The translations under genes were made by a program, and so were the position numbers. From contig JBDRCY010000025.1 of NCBI GenBank assembly GCA_043821265.1, positions 1 to 55,213 on the forward strand: a stretch of 55,213 bases of DNA. The letters are read 5' to 3'. The stretch's first letter is position 1. Every line of letters begins with the position of its first letter. Shown piece by piece: positions 46,723 to 55,213 of this stretch. Below the pieces are notes generated by a model that was not told where the DNA came from, made no database searches, and saw nothing but the letters and a program-made list of their open reading frames with translations. This DNA comes from Chloroflexota bacterium (GTDB lineage Bacteria > Chloroflexota > Dehalococcoidia > Dehalococcoidales > JBDRCY01).

Positions 46723-49179
46723 ATGGGTAGCCACTCAGACGAGACCACCTTCTATACCGGCTGTTTCGCCAACTGCGGCGGCGGTGTCCACTGTGTTATT
46801 AAGGCCCACTTAAAAGACGGGGTGGTAACCAGGGTTGAACCCGACGACCGCTATAACACCGGTGTCGGCAGAGAGGATGCCGTAACCTCCGAGGACGACC
46901 TCTTAAAGAACCGGCTCCAGAGCCGACCGTGCCCCCAGGGGCTGGCCTTTCACCGCTACTACAACCCGCCGGACCGGGTCCTGTATCCCCTGAAACGGGC
47001 CCCCAATACCAGGAGGGGGGAAGGAAAATACCTAAGGATATCCTGGGAAGAGGCCCTGACCACCATAGCCGACGAGATGAGGGCCGCCCGGGAGAAATAC
47101 GGCCCCTACTCTATCATGACCGTCTGGCGCCCCGGCCCGCAACTGCTGCGCCTCTTCCAGATGTGGGGAGGCGGCGTCGAGGCCTGGGGCAAGGCCTCGT
47201 TCCCGGCGACACAGCTGATGGCCCACCTCATGGCCGGGGACGCCGCCCTGATAGCGGGACGGAAGGCGGTGAGGGTCCCCCACATCGGGGGGAGCTCAGC
47301 GGCAGATATGCTGGCCAACTCGAAACTCCTCGTCCTCTGGGGCCTCAACCCCAGCGTAACCAAGGTTACCGGCCCCTCCTTCCAGCTGGCCTGGTTTATA
47401 AAACTCTGCCGGGAAAGGGGCAAACGGGTTATTATCATCGACCCCCGATACACCGTATCCGCCGAGACACTGGCCGACCAGTGGATACCTATCAGGCCGG
47501 GGACAGACCATGCCATGTTCCTGGCCATGGCCCATGTCCTCCTAAGCGATAACCTGTGGGACAAGGAATTCGTCGCTAAATACGTCGAGCCGGTCGGGTT
47601 CGAGAAATGGCGAGAATACCTACTGGGTAACGATGACGGCATCCCCAAGACGCCGGAGTGGGCAGAAGAGAGGTGCGCCGTACCGGCCCAGACCATCCGG
47701 GAACTGACCCACCTGGTGGCGACCACCAGGCCGTCATGGCTGTGGTATGCCTGGGGCATGAACCGCCGGAGCCACGGCGAACAGACGGCGAAGGCATTCG
47801 CCGCCCTGCAGGCCATGCTAGGGTACTGGGGCACGCCGGGAGGCGGACCGCCCTTCTTCATCGGCCCCTGGCGGCATATCCCGTTCCGGGTACCCTGGGG
47901 GGCGGGCGGCGACTACCAGGTCCCCAAGGTGCACCGCTACGATTACTGGGCCCAGGCAGTCCTGCTACGGGATAAGGTAAAGAGCGGGGAACTGGGCGAG
48001 GACGACTATATCAGAATGGTGGGGTGGAAGGCTGACCGCTCCGTGGTCAAGGACTTCAACCCCCGGGTGCTCCTGTGGGGCACGCTGGGGGCATATGACA
48101 GAAACTTCCTGGTGACGGTAACCGAATCGGCCAATTATCAGCTGCAGGCCCTGGAGAGAATGGACTTTATCGCCACCATGCAGGGCAATATCACCCCCTC
48201 AGCGAGATATGCCGACATCATCCTGCCGGTACGGGACTGGCTGTGGGAAGAGCGGGATATTGCCAAGAGCTGGCTGGGGGGATGGGACAGCGTCAACTAT
48301 ATCCCCGGCCCGGTAAAACCACCGGGGGAGACCAAGTCGTATATCTGGATTCATGTCAAGCTGGCCCAGAAGCTGGGCATAGACCCCCAGCGCTATTTCC
48401 GCTACTACACCACCGACGAAAACTGGGACCGGGACTGGGAAAGATACTTAAGAGACTGCTATCAGACGGTGGTAGACCACTATAAGCAGCGAGATATCAC
48501 TGTCCCCTCCTGGGAGGACTTTACCCGGGGTAAATTCATTAACTGCGAGGAGATAGAGAAGGTGCCCCATACCGGCTACGACGAGCAGATAAAAGAGGGT
48601 AAACCCTTCCCGACCTCATCAGGCAAGATAGAGATCTATACCCACTATATCGCCGATGAGGCCAACCGGGGTAAGGGCGAGCATCTCGACTCCTTTGGCC
48701 GCCCCTACTATTACCTGCCCAGCGACTGGGGCGACATGCCGCCGCTGCCAGTCTACCGGCCCGGTATTAGAGGCATGGACGACCCGCTGGTAAAGGAGTA
48801 CCCGCTAATGCTGCTAACCCCGCACCCCCGGCACCGCATTCACTCCTGGCCCTGGGATACTCCCTGGCTCAGAGAGCATGTTTACCGGCACCGGGTCTGG
48901 ATAAACCCGGCCGATGCCCGGGCTAGAGACATAAGGGATGACGATATGGTCAGGGTCTATAACGACCGGGGCAAGACGGTTATGCCGGCCTATGTCACCT
49001 CAAGGGTGCTGCCGGGGGTAGCCGTCATACCCCACGGGGGCAAGTACGACCCGGATGAGTCCGGCGTTGACCGGGGGGCGGCCTCGGCCACCCTGCTCGG
49101 CGGGGACTCCCTGAGCCTGGCCACCACCGCCAAGGCCAGCACCCTGGTCCAGATTGAAAAAGAGGGTAAGCAGCCATGA
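46723..49179 (+). CDS. DMSO-reductase family molybdopterin oxidoreductase (DmsA-like, no Tat signal)
   Basis: CFANCGGGVHC...C, RVLYPLKR, PIRPGTD, ADIILP, TSSGKIEI, RVWINPADA. Confidence 0.92.
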   Translation: MGSHSDETTFYTGCFANCGGGVHCVIKAHLKDGVVTRVEPDDRYNTGVGREDAVTSEDDLLKNRLQSRPCPQGLAFHRYYNPPDRVLYPLKRAPNTRRGEGKYLRISWEEALTTIADEMRAAREKYGPYSIMTVWRPGPQLLRLFQMWGGGVEAWGKASFPATQLMAHLMAGDAALIAGRKAVRVPHIGGSSAADMLANSKLLVLWGLNPSVTKVTGPSFQLAWFIKLCRERGKRVIIIDPRYTVSAETLADQWIPIRPGTDHAMFLAMAHVLLSDNLWDKEFVAKYVEPVGFEKWREYLLGNDDGIPKTPEWAEERCAVPAQTIRELTHLVATTRPSWLWYAWGMNRRSHGEQTAKAFAALQAMLGYWGTPGGGPPFFIGPWRHIPFRVPWGAGGDYQVPKVHRYDYWAQAVLLRDKVKSGELGEDDYIRMVGWKADRSVVKDFNPRVLLWGTLGAYDRNFLVTVTESANYQLQALERMDFIATMQGNITPSARYADIILPVRDWLWEERDIAKSWLGGWDSVNYIPGPVKPPGETKSYIWIHVKLAQKLGIDPQRYFRYYTTDENWDRDWERYLRDCYQTVVDHYKQRDITVPSWEDFTRGKFINCEEIEKVPHTGYDEQIKEGKPFPTSSGKIEIYTHYIADEANRGKGEHLDSFGRPYYYLPSDWGDMPPLPVYRPGIRGMDDPLVKEYPLMLLTPHPRHRIHSWPWDTPWLREHVYRHRVWINPADARARDIRDDDMVRVYNDRGKTVMPAYVTSRVLPGVAVIPHGGKYDPDESGVDRGAASATLLGGDSLSLATTAKASTLVQIEKEGKQP

Positions 49180-49932
49180 CCCAGCACGGTTTCCTATTCG
49201 ACCAGAGCCGCTGTATCGCCTGCAATGCCTGCCTTATCGCCTGTAAACAGTGGCACGATATACCACCCGGCCCCATCAAATGGATGCGGGTCTACCAATG
49301 GGAGAAGGGTAATTTCCCCCATACGCGACTTCATCACCTGGCCATTACCTGCTACCACTGCCAGAACCCGGTCTGTGAAAAGGCCTGCCCCAGCGGGGCT
49401 ATCTCTAAGGAGGCGAAATACGGGGCGGTCCTGGTAGATAGCGCCAGGTGCCAGGGAAGCCGGAAGTGCTGGACAGCCTTGCCCCTATGGCGTCCCCCAG
49501 TTCGAGGGCGATGAAGCCGGCGTGAAGATGTCCAAATGCAACATGTGCCTCGACCGCCTTGAGGAGGGACTGGCCCCCATCTGCGTGTTGAGCTGCCCGA
49601 TGCGGGCGCTGGAATTTGGCCCCATCAGTGAACTGAGGGAGAAATACGGCAACCTGAGAAGGCTCGAGGACATGCCCCGGGAGGCCATCACCGACCCGGC
49701 TGTTGTCTTTATACCCGCACAACCCAAGATGGCGGTGGTACGCTGGGATGCGGAGAAGGCCCTCAAACTATGGCAGAAAAGGCAGCCACATCAGGGCGAG
49801 CCACTGCCCGACGTATTCGCCCAAATAGCCGATGTTACCGCGGCGCCCCCGGATATTATCGGCCGCAGCCGGCTGGTACTGAAACCGAAAAACACCAGGG
49901 AACTAATCTACTACACCACTGACGACGAATAA
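49176..49932 (+). pseudogene. DmsB-like Fe-S subunit with +1 frameshift at ~49479
   Basis: CIACNACLIACK...KCWTA, then an extra T (GCCTTGCCCC instead of GCCTGCCCC) breaks the frame that continues CPYGVPQF...KCNMCLDR...CVLSCP. Confidence 0.88.
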
Positions 49933-49989
49933 ATATATGCCGGTACACTTATACCTATAACACGAATACGGAAAGCGAAGACCCACCAG

Positions 49990-51831
49990 CTATGTCCTTA
50001 ACTTACCCAGGCCCAGTTCGGCCAGTTTCTGAGGGGTGGGTATACCTTCCTCACTCCATCCCCGGTACCGATAGTATTCATTGAGCATCAGTCCCAGATT
50101 GGGCAGGCTCTCGTCCGGGGCACTGTCTTTACGCTTGTGGGTCAGTATCCTCGGCGGCAGGGTGTCGTCCTTCCGGCTTATGCCCCGCCTTATGTTAATC
50201 ATCCGCTGCAGATTGAATATGCGCTCCCCGACCCTCATGAACTCGGCAAAGTCCATATCCCAGCCGGTAACACAGTTCACCAGCTCCACAAAGTGCGACG
50301 GCCGAACCTTACGGCGGGTAAACACCAGCGAGCAGACGACCAGGGAGTTCAGGATGGAGCCCCAATCCTGCGTCTTGGCTACCAACTCCCCCTTGCCCTT
50401 GGCGTCAAAGCGGTCCAAGAGCTTGGTATAGCCGAACTCCCGCAGCGCATCTAAGGAGATATCGGCCTTGGCCACCTGAATATAGTTTTCCATGCGGCTG
50501 GCGCCGACAGCATTGTGATGGAATGCCCCGTGATTGCAGGTGGCATAGGCGATGGCCAGGCTGTTGCCAGCCCGGGGGTCATGCGCCGCAAATTCCAGCC
50601 CCTTAGCATGTATGGCGTACTCCGAGGCCAGGCCACCGATACGCTCAGCAGCCCTTTTGACCCCTTCGCCCAGTAACTCGCCGATTCCCTCCCTCTCCGC
50701 CACCTGCCTCACCACCTCCACCATCGCCTGGTGATTACCCCAGGTAAGCTCGAGGCCGCCGGTATCCTCCCTGGTAATGAGCCCCTTCTCATAGCATTCC
50801 ATGGCAAAGCCCACGACCCCCCCGGCGGATATCGTATTCAGGCCATATCGGTTACAGATACTATATGCCTCTTGCAGTGCCTCGACGTTGTCTATCAAGC
50901 AATTCGAACCTAAAGGCCCCGCCGCCTCATAGCAGAGATGCCTCTCACCGCCAGGGCCCTGCTTTGATTCCATATCATCATAGGGACAGGTCCGGCAGAA
51001 AAGGGGCCGGGTATGACGCAGGGCATTGAATATCTTTCTGCCCTCCTCGAACTCCCCCAACTGCCAGTTCTTTATCGGCCCGCCGATATTCATAATGTCC
51101 CCGAGGCGGGTGATATGCGTCTCCACCAACTCTTCGTGCTTCTGTATGGGACTGAAGGGAATGCCGTCAATGGTCTCCTTGAACCCAGCGGCATCATGCA
51201 TCTGGATTTTTTGGCTGCCCCGGACCACAATGGCCTTGAGGTTCTTGGAACCCATCAGCGCACCCAGACCGCAGCTGGCAGCGGCCCTGCCCTTCTTGCC
51301 CTCGTTCATAATACAGGCAATTCTCACCAGCCTCTCACCAGCCGGCCCGATAGTGGCCACACAGGCCTTCTCATCAGTCTCCTGCTTAAGCAGCCCCTCT
51401 ACTTCAAACGTATCCTTGCCCCAGAGGTGGCCGGCGTCACGGAGCTCCGCTTCCCCGTTATGGAGCCAGAGATATACCGGCTTTGCTGCCTTGCCCTTGA
51501 CCACTATGCCCTTAAAGGGGGTATGGCCCAGCTCATCTCCCCAGTCGCCCCCGGAATGGGCCTCCCCCCAGATGCCGGTCAGCGGGGACAGGCCGGCCAC
51601 GGTATAACGGCTGCTGGAGCGCATGGTGCCGGTTACCGGCCCTATCATGAATACCAGGGTATTCTCCGGAGAGAGGGGGTCGGTATCCGCCCTTGTTTCC
51701 TCCCAGAGAATCTTAGCGGCCAGGCCAGCACCGCCAAGGTACTGCCGCGATACCTCTTCGTTATAAACCCTGGTCCCTGTCTCCCCGGTGGTAAGGTCTA
51801 CCCAGAGCACCGGGGTCTTATAACCCGCCAT
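49990..51831 (-). CDS. aldehyde:ferredoxin oxidoreductase (W) family protein, atypical motifs
   Basis: LSPLTG, GLGALMGSKNLKA, CRTCPYDD, HAKGLE, HDPR, NSLVVC. Confidence 0.9.
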   Translation of the reverse strand: MAGYKTPVLWVDLTTGETGTRVYNEEVSRQYLGGAGLAAKILWEETRADTDPLSPENTLVFMIGPVTGTMRSSSRYTVAGLSPLTGIWGEAHSGGDWGDELGHTPFKGIVVKGKAAKPVYLWLHNGEAELRDAGHLWGKDTFEVEGLLKQETDEKACVATIGPAGERLVRIACIMNEGKKGRAAASCGLGALMGSKNLKAIVVRGSQKIQMHDAAGFKETIDGIPFSPIQKHEELVETHITRLGDIMNIGGPIKNWQLGEFEEGRKIFNALRHTRPLFCRTCPYDDMESKQGPGGERHLCYEAAGPLGSNCLIDNVEALQEAYSICNRYGLNTISAGGVVGFAMECYEKGLITREDTGGLELTWGNHQAMVEVVRQVAEREGIGELLGEGVKRAAERIGGLASEYAIHAKGLEFAAHDPRAGNSLAIAYATCNHGAFHHNAVGASRMENYIQVAKADISLDALREFGYTKLLDRFDAKGKGELVAKTQDWGSILNSLVVCSLVFTRRKVRPSHFVELVNCVTGWDMDFAEFMRVGERIFNLQRMINIRRGISRKDDTLPPRILTHKRKDSAPDESLPNLGLMLNEYYRYRGWSEEGIPTPQKLAELGLGKLRT

Positions 51832-52011
51832 AACATACCTCCATCTTCTCAATATCTAACGACTCAGGTGAGCCTCCGGCCCCGCTATCCCCGGCCCCAC
51901 TGCAATACGCCCCCTCGCTATACATTCCATATTACTGATAACTCATAGTGAAAGCAAGCTGGCGGAGCCTGCCGGCGAGCAATGATATATAGCCCCGGCT
52001 CTCAAATCGGG

Positions 52012-52071
52012 AGATTTAAATCTACAGTATGGATTTTATAGGCTCCTTATCATATACTTGTCATATACTTG
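52012..52071. promoter_or_regulatory. operator-like motifs in the divergent AOR/isochorismatase promoter region
   Basis: Palindrome AGATTTAAATCT (52012-52023) and perfect 11 bp tandem TCATATACTTG x2 (52050-52071). Confidence 0.55.
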
Positions 52072-52093
52072 GGGAAAAAGGAGGAATTAACCT

Positions 52094-52780
52094 ATGGCTA
52101 TTTGGGACGACGTTATCAGCCAGTCGGAAAAGGATATATATATTAAGTCCGGCCATCTGGGCGGGCGAATAGAGCTGGGTAATAACCCGGCACTGCTAGT
52201 AATAGATGTCACCTATAATTTTGTCGGTGACAAGCCCGAGCCTGTCCTGAAATCAATCGAGCGCTTCCCCCTAAGCTGTGGCGAGGCCGGATGGGAGGTT
52301 GTCCGCCAGTTTGCCTCGCTGCTACCCCTGGCCCGGGCCAAGAAAGTGCCCGTAATCTATTCCGCCGGAGGCGCCAACCTCCCCAGGAACCTGACGAGAA
52401 CAAATCCCCGCATGAAGGATATGAAAAAAATAGGGTTCCGCCACGATATAGTTCGCGAGATTGCTCCCACCGAAAATGACATCGTGATTCACAAGTATGC
52501 CTATAGTGCCTTCCACGGCACCGCGCTACTGAATGTGCTCCTGGCACTCAATATAGACACCCTGCTCTGCGGCGGCCTGGTGGCCAGCGGCTGCGTCCGG
52601 GCCACCGTTATCGACGCCTGCCAGTACGGCTTCCCCTGTGCCGTTATCGAGGAGTGCGCCGGTGACCGGGCGGAGACTCCCCGCAAGATCAGCCTCTTTG
52701 ACCTAAATGCCAAGTATGCCAGCGTTATACCGATCGCCGAGGCCAGGGACTATATCAGTAAGCTGGACAGAAAAAGCTGA
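52094..52780 (+). CDS. isochorismatase family hydrolase (N-carbamoylsarcosine/maleamate amidase-like)
   Basis: PALLVID, HKYAYSAF, SGCVRATVID, LFDLNAKY. Confidence 0.92.
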   Translation: MAIWDDVISQSEKDIYIKSGHLGGRIELGNNPALLVIDVTYNFVGDKPEPVLKSIERFPLSCGEAGWEVVRQFASLLPLARAKKVPVIYSAGGANLPRNLTRTNPRMKDMKKIGFRHDIVREIAPTENDIVIHKYAYSAFHGTALLNVLLALNIDTLLCGGLVASGCVRATVIDACQYGFPCAVIEECAGDRAETPRKISLFDLNAKYASVIPIAEARDYISKLDRKS

Positions 52781-52824
52781 GTTCGACGTATTCACCGCCA
52801 GGCCACATTATCACTCTGGGCCGA

Positions 52825-54126
52825 TTATCGGGCCCCGGCCGGGCTATATCCACCCTCAAGGGTCTCACCCGTCTCCCGCCTCACCAGGGCTACCAGCAGG
52901 GTGGCTGCCAGCACCACCGCCGCCCCCAGTTTAAAGGCATCAGCATAGCTACCGCTGGCATCAAAAATGAGACCACCGATGAACGGGCCCAAAGCCGCCC
53001 CACCCCCGAAACCGACATCCAGCGCCCCCATTATCGAGCCAATACGGTGCAGACCGAAGGTATGGCTAACCAGCGACGCTATGGTCGGGGCCAGACCGGC
53101 ATAGGCAAAGCCGAAAAGAAACATAAACAAATATAGCTGCCATAGCTGGCGTGCCCCGAGCAGCCATACCATGGCGCCAAGCTGAAGCAGAGCACATAAG
53201 ATTACACTCAGCCTTCGGCCCATTCTATCGGAGATAAAGCCTATCGCTATCCGGCCCACGATAAGCGTCCCGCCGAATACGCTGAGAATTGACGCTGCCT
53301 GTTCATGCGAAAAACCCATATCCTCGGCGCGGGGCACAATATGGGTCAATACCAAAAACGCATTGGAAGCCAAACATACCAGAACAAAAATAAGAAGCCA
53401 GAAACTCCTGGTCCTGAGTGCCTGCGGCAGGGAAAGGCCAGCCGACTGGAGACTATTCCCGGCGGCGTCCGGCTTATTATCCGGCGAGGACGGTCTTAAC
53501 CCATCAGGTAGCGCCCCGACCTCACGCGGGTCCCTTTTAAACAGCCGGGATAGAGGAATAGCCACCACCCAGGCGATTAGCCCCAGCACCAGATAGGCGA
53601 TACGCCAGCTGAAATTGGCAATGAGGAAGGCGGCAAACGGCGCCATAATTAATGTGCCCAAGCCGGCCCCCGAGCTGGCTATGCCCATGGCCAGTCCCCG
53701 TCTCTTACTAAACCACCGGGACATGGTGGCTACCGTCACTATATACCAGGGACCGTGCCCGATAGCCAGTAAAAGGCTATAGGTTATATATAACTGCCAC
53801 AGGGAAGAAGTCTGGCTGCTCAGTACCAGGCTCAAACCGGTAAACAGAGCGATGGAAAACATGACAACCCTCGGCCCGTACCGGTCTATAGTCCAGCCGC
53901 CGAGAATACTGAACACACAGCAGAGCACATTGTAGACCGAGGCCACTCCCGAGGTTGCCGCCCGGTTCAAGAGGAACTCTTCCTGTATCGGTGTAAAAAA
54001 AACCCCGAAAGAGAGGCGCGTCCCGATAACCGCCGTGCCGATAAAAAAGCAGGCTATTACCAGCACCCAGCCATAGAATAGCCCGCCTTCAGGTTTTAAT
54101 CGCGATAACAACGGTATCTTCGGCAT
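52825..54126 (-). CDS. MFS transporter (OFA/MCT-like)
   Basis: FYGWVLV, GWTIDRYGPR, GFISDRMGRR, 12 TM segments. Confidence 0.93.
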   Translation of the reverse strand: MPKIPLLSRLKPEGGLFYGWVLVIACFFIGTAVIGTRLSFGVFFTPIQEEFLLNRAATSGVASVYNVLCCVFSILGGWTIDRYGPRVVMFSIALFTGLSLVLSSQTSSLWQLYITYSLLLAIGHGPWYIVTVATMSRWFSKRRGLAMGIASSGAGLGTLIMAPFAAFLIANFSWRIAYLVLGLIAWVVAIPLSRLFKRDPREVGALPDGLRPSSPDNKPDAAGNSLQSAGLSLPQALRTRSFWLLIFVLVCLASNAFLVLTHIVPRAEDMGFSHEQAASILSVFGGTLIVGRIAIGFISDRMGRRLSVILCALLQLGAMVWLLGARQLWQLYLFMFLFGFAYAGLAPTIASLVSHTFGLHRIGSIMGALDVGFGGGAALGPFIGGLIFDASGSYADAFKLGAAVVLAATLLVALVRRETGETLEGGYSPAGAR

Positions 54127-54214
54127 TTAGCCAACTATAGCTACAAACAGGTGCCAAGTCAACAATACGAACCGCCGTAAACCCTTTATTCAAGAGACAC
54201 TCCGGCAGTCCAGC

Positions 54215-54955
54215 TCACTTCTTCCACAAGAGGTCGGATATCCTCTTTCTGCCTCCCCCGGCCGGCGATATCGGCCCCCGGTGCGCCGCCGCCTCCATCT
54301 TCAGGCCGCTGGCCAGGTCGGTCTTAAGCCCCTTATTCACCAGGGACTTGATAGCCCTTATCGTCTCCGGAATATTCTTAAGGATTTTCTCCGCCATCTC
54401 CCGGGCCGCCTTCTCCAGCTCCTCGGGGGGGACTACCCTGTTTACTATGCCGATACGTTCCGCCTCCCGGGCCGTTATCATATCGCCGGTAAACATCAGT
54501 TCCTTGGCCTTCCTGGGGCCAATCTGCCGGGGCAAACGCTGGGTCTGCCCTCCGCCGGGGATAACACCGAAGCGAGCATGGGTATCGGCAAAGATGGCCT
54601 TCTCCGAGGCTATTATTATATCGGCACACATGACCAGCTCGAATGAGCCGGTAAAGCAATAGCCGTTTACGGCAGCTATTACCGGCTTGCTTAAGTCCTC
54701 CAGCACCCGGTATCTTGACCCGCCTGCCCACTCCCGCCCCTCCAGTATGCCCTTTAGGTCCCTGCCCGCCGAGAAAGCGCGCCCGGCCCCGGTGAGGATG
54801 ACAACATTAATACGCTCATCCTTCTCTATATCATCAAGGGCCGAGACGAGTTCAGCCAGGAGTTCTTCGTCCACACTGTTTAAGGCCTGGGGCTTATTCA
54901 AGGTGATTTTAGCAATCTGATTATCCTTTTCCAGCACTATTTTACAGTAGGCCAT
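54215..54955 (-). CDS. enoyl-CoA hydratase/isomerase family protein
   Basis: TLNKPQALN, AFSAGRDL, KPVIAAVNG, GSFEL, FADTH (second Glu replaced by His). Confidence 0.93.
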   Translation of the reverse strand: MAYCKIVLEKDNQIAKITLNKPQALNSVDEELLAELVSALDDIEKDERINVVILTGAGRAFSAGRDLKGILEGREWAGGSRYRVLEDLSKPVIAAVNGYCFTGSFELVMCADIIIASEKAIFADTHARFGVIPGGGQTQRLPRQIGPRKAKELMFTGDMITAREAERIGIVNRVVPPEELEKAAREMAEKILKNIPETIRAIKSLVNKGLKTDLASGLKMEAAAHRGPISPAGGGRKRISDLLWKK

Positions 54956-55145
54956 GTGCTCCCCCCTTTATTCATGCTGACTTATCCCGTACAATAGGAT
55001 ACCACCCGAGCAAGCGATACGCCATCAAGCGCTACCCCGGTGTAACTTGACAAGCATAACCCGGCTAATTAAATTACCAATACATATGCCTTTTACACCC
55101 AGAGGCGGTAAAGGCAGTAGCAGAAAATGAAAGGCGGTAAAGCTC

Positions 55146-55213
55146 ATGAAACCCAACCTTCGGCACAAAACAGGCAACCCGAGAATTCTGATAATCGGTG
55201 GTGTAGCCGGTGG
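55146..55213 (+). CDS. 5' end of an FAD-dependent pyridine nucleotide-disulfide oxidoreductase (CoA-disulfide reductase-like), cut by the window edge
   Basis: MKPNLRHKTGNPRILIIGGVAGG... Confidence 0.7.
   Translation, partial: MKPNLRHKTGNPRILIIGGVAG

Noticed and set aside
51832-52010. Moco/Wco riboswitch upstream of the AOR gene
   Set aside because: No recognisable conserved structure by eye. An Infernal/Rfam scan would be needed.

Overview
A 55 kb segment from an anaerobic bacterium. The gene style suggests Dehalococcoidia/Chloroflexota, which is an inference. Positions 1-2900 are an AT-rich accessory patch with IS scars, a duplicated palindromic element, a transglutaminase-like membrane protein and a USP. 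Next come an archaeal-type CetZ-like tubulin/FtsZ gene, a NEW3-domain/ABC transporter operon, DUF72 and a cysteine hydrolase. A complete hydrogenase maturation cluster follows (protease-hypABFCDE; hypE frameshifted in a G10 run), but its [NiFe] large subunit survives only as a 3' scar joined back-to-back with a histidine-kinase scar. Then come flxDCBA converging on hdrD-like/hdrA, tRNA-Thr(CGT), a GHKL ATPase with Gln at the catalytic Glu, MATE and HAD genes. From 26.7 kb to the end is a dense anaerobic catabolic region: an atypical UbiD, SDR, three tungsten AOR-family genes, a tandem pair of COG1233 flavoproteins (reminiscent of limonene dehydrogenase CtmAB), an OYE/Fe-S reductase, two cytoplasmic DmsAB-like pairs, a BbsEF-like CoA-transferase pair, racemase, isochorismatase, MFS transporters and an enoyl-CoA hydratase. 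The best candidates for new biology are the putative O2-independent methyl-oxidation operon (28.5-37 kb) with its non-canonical UbiD, and the bacterial CetZ. No CRISPR array or rRNA was seen.
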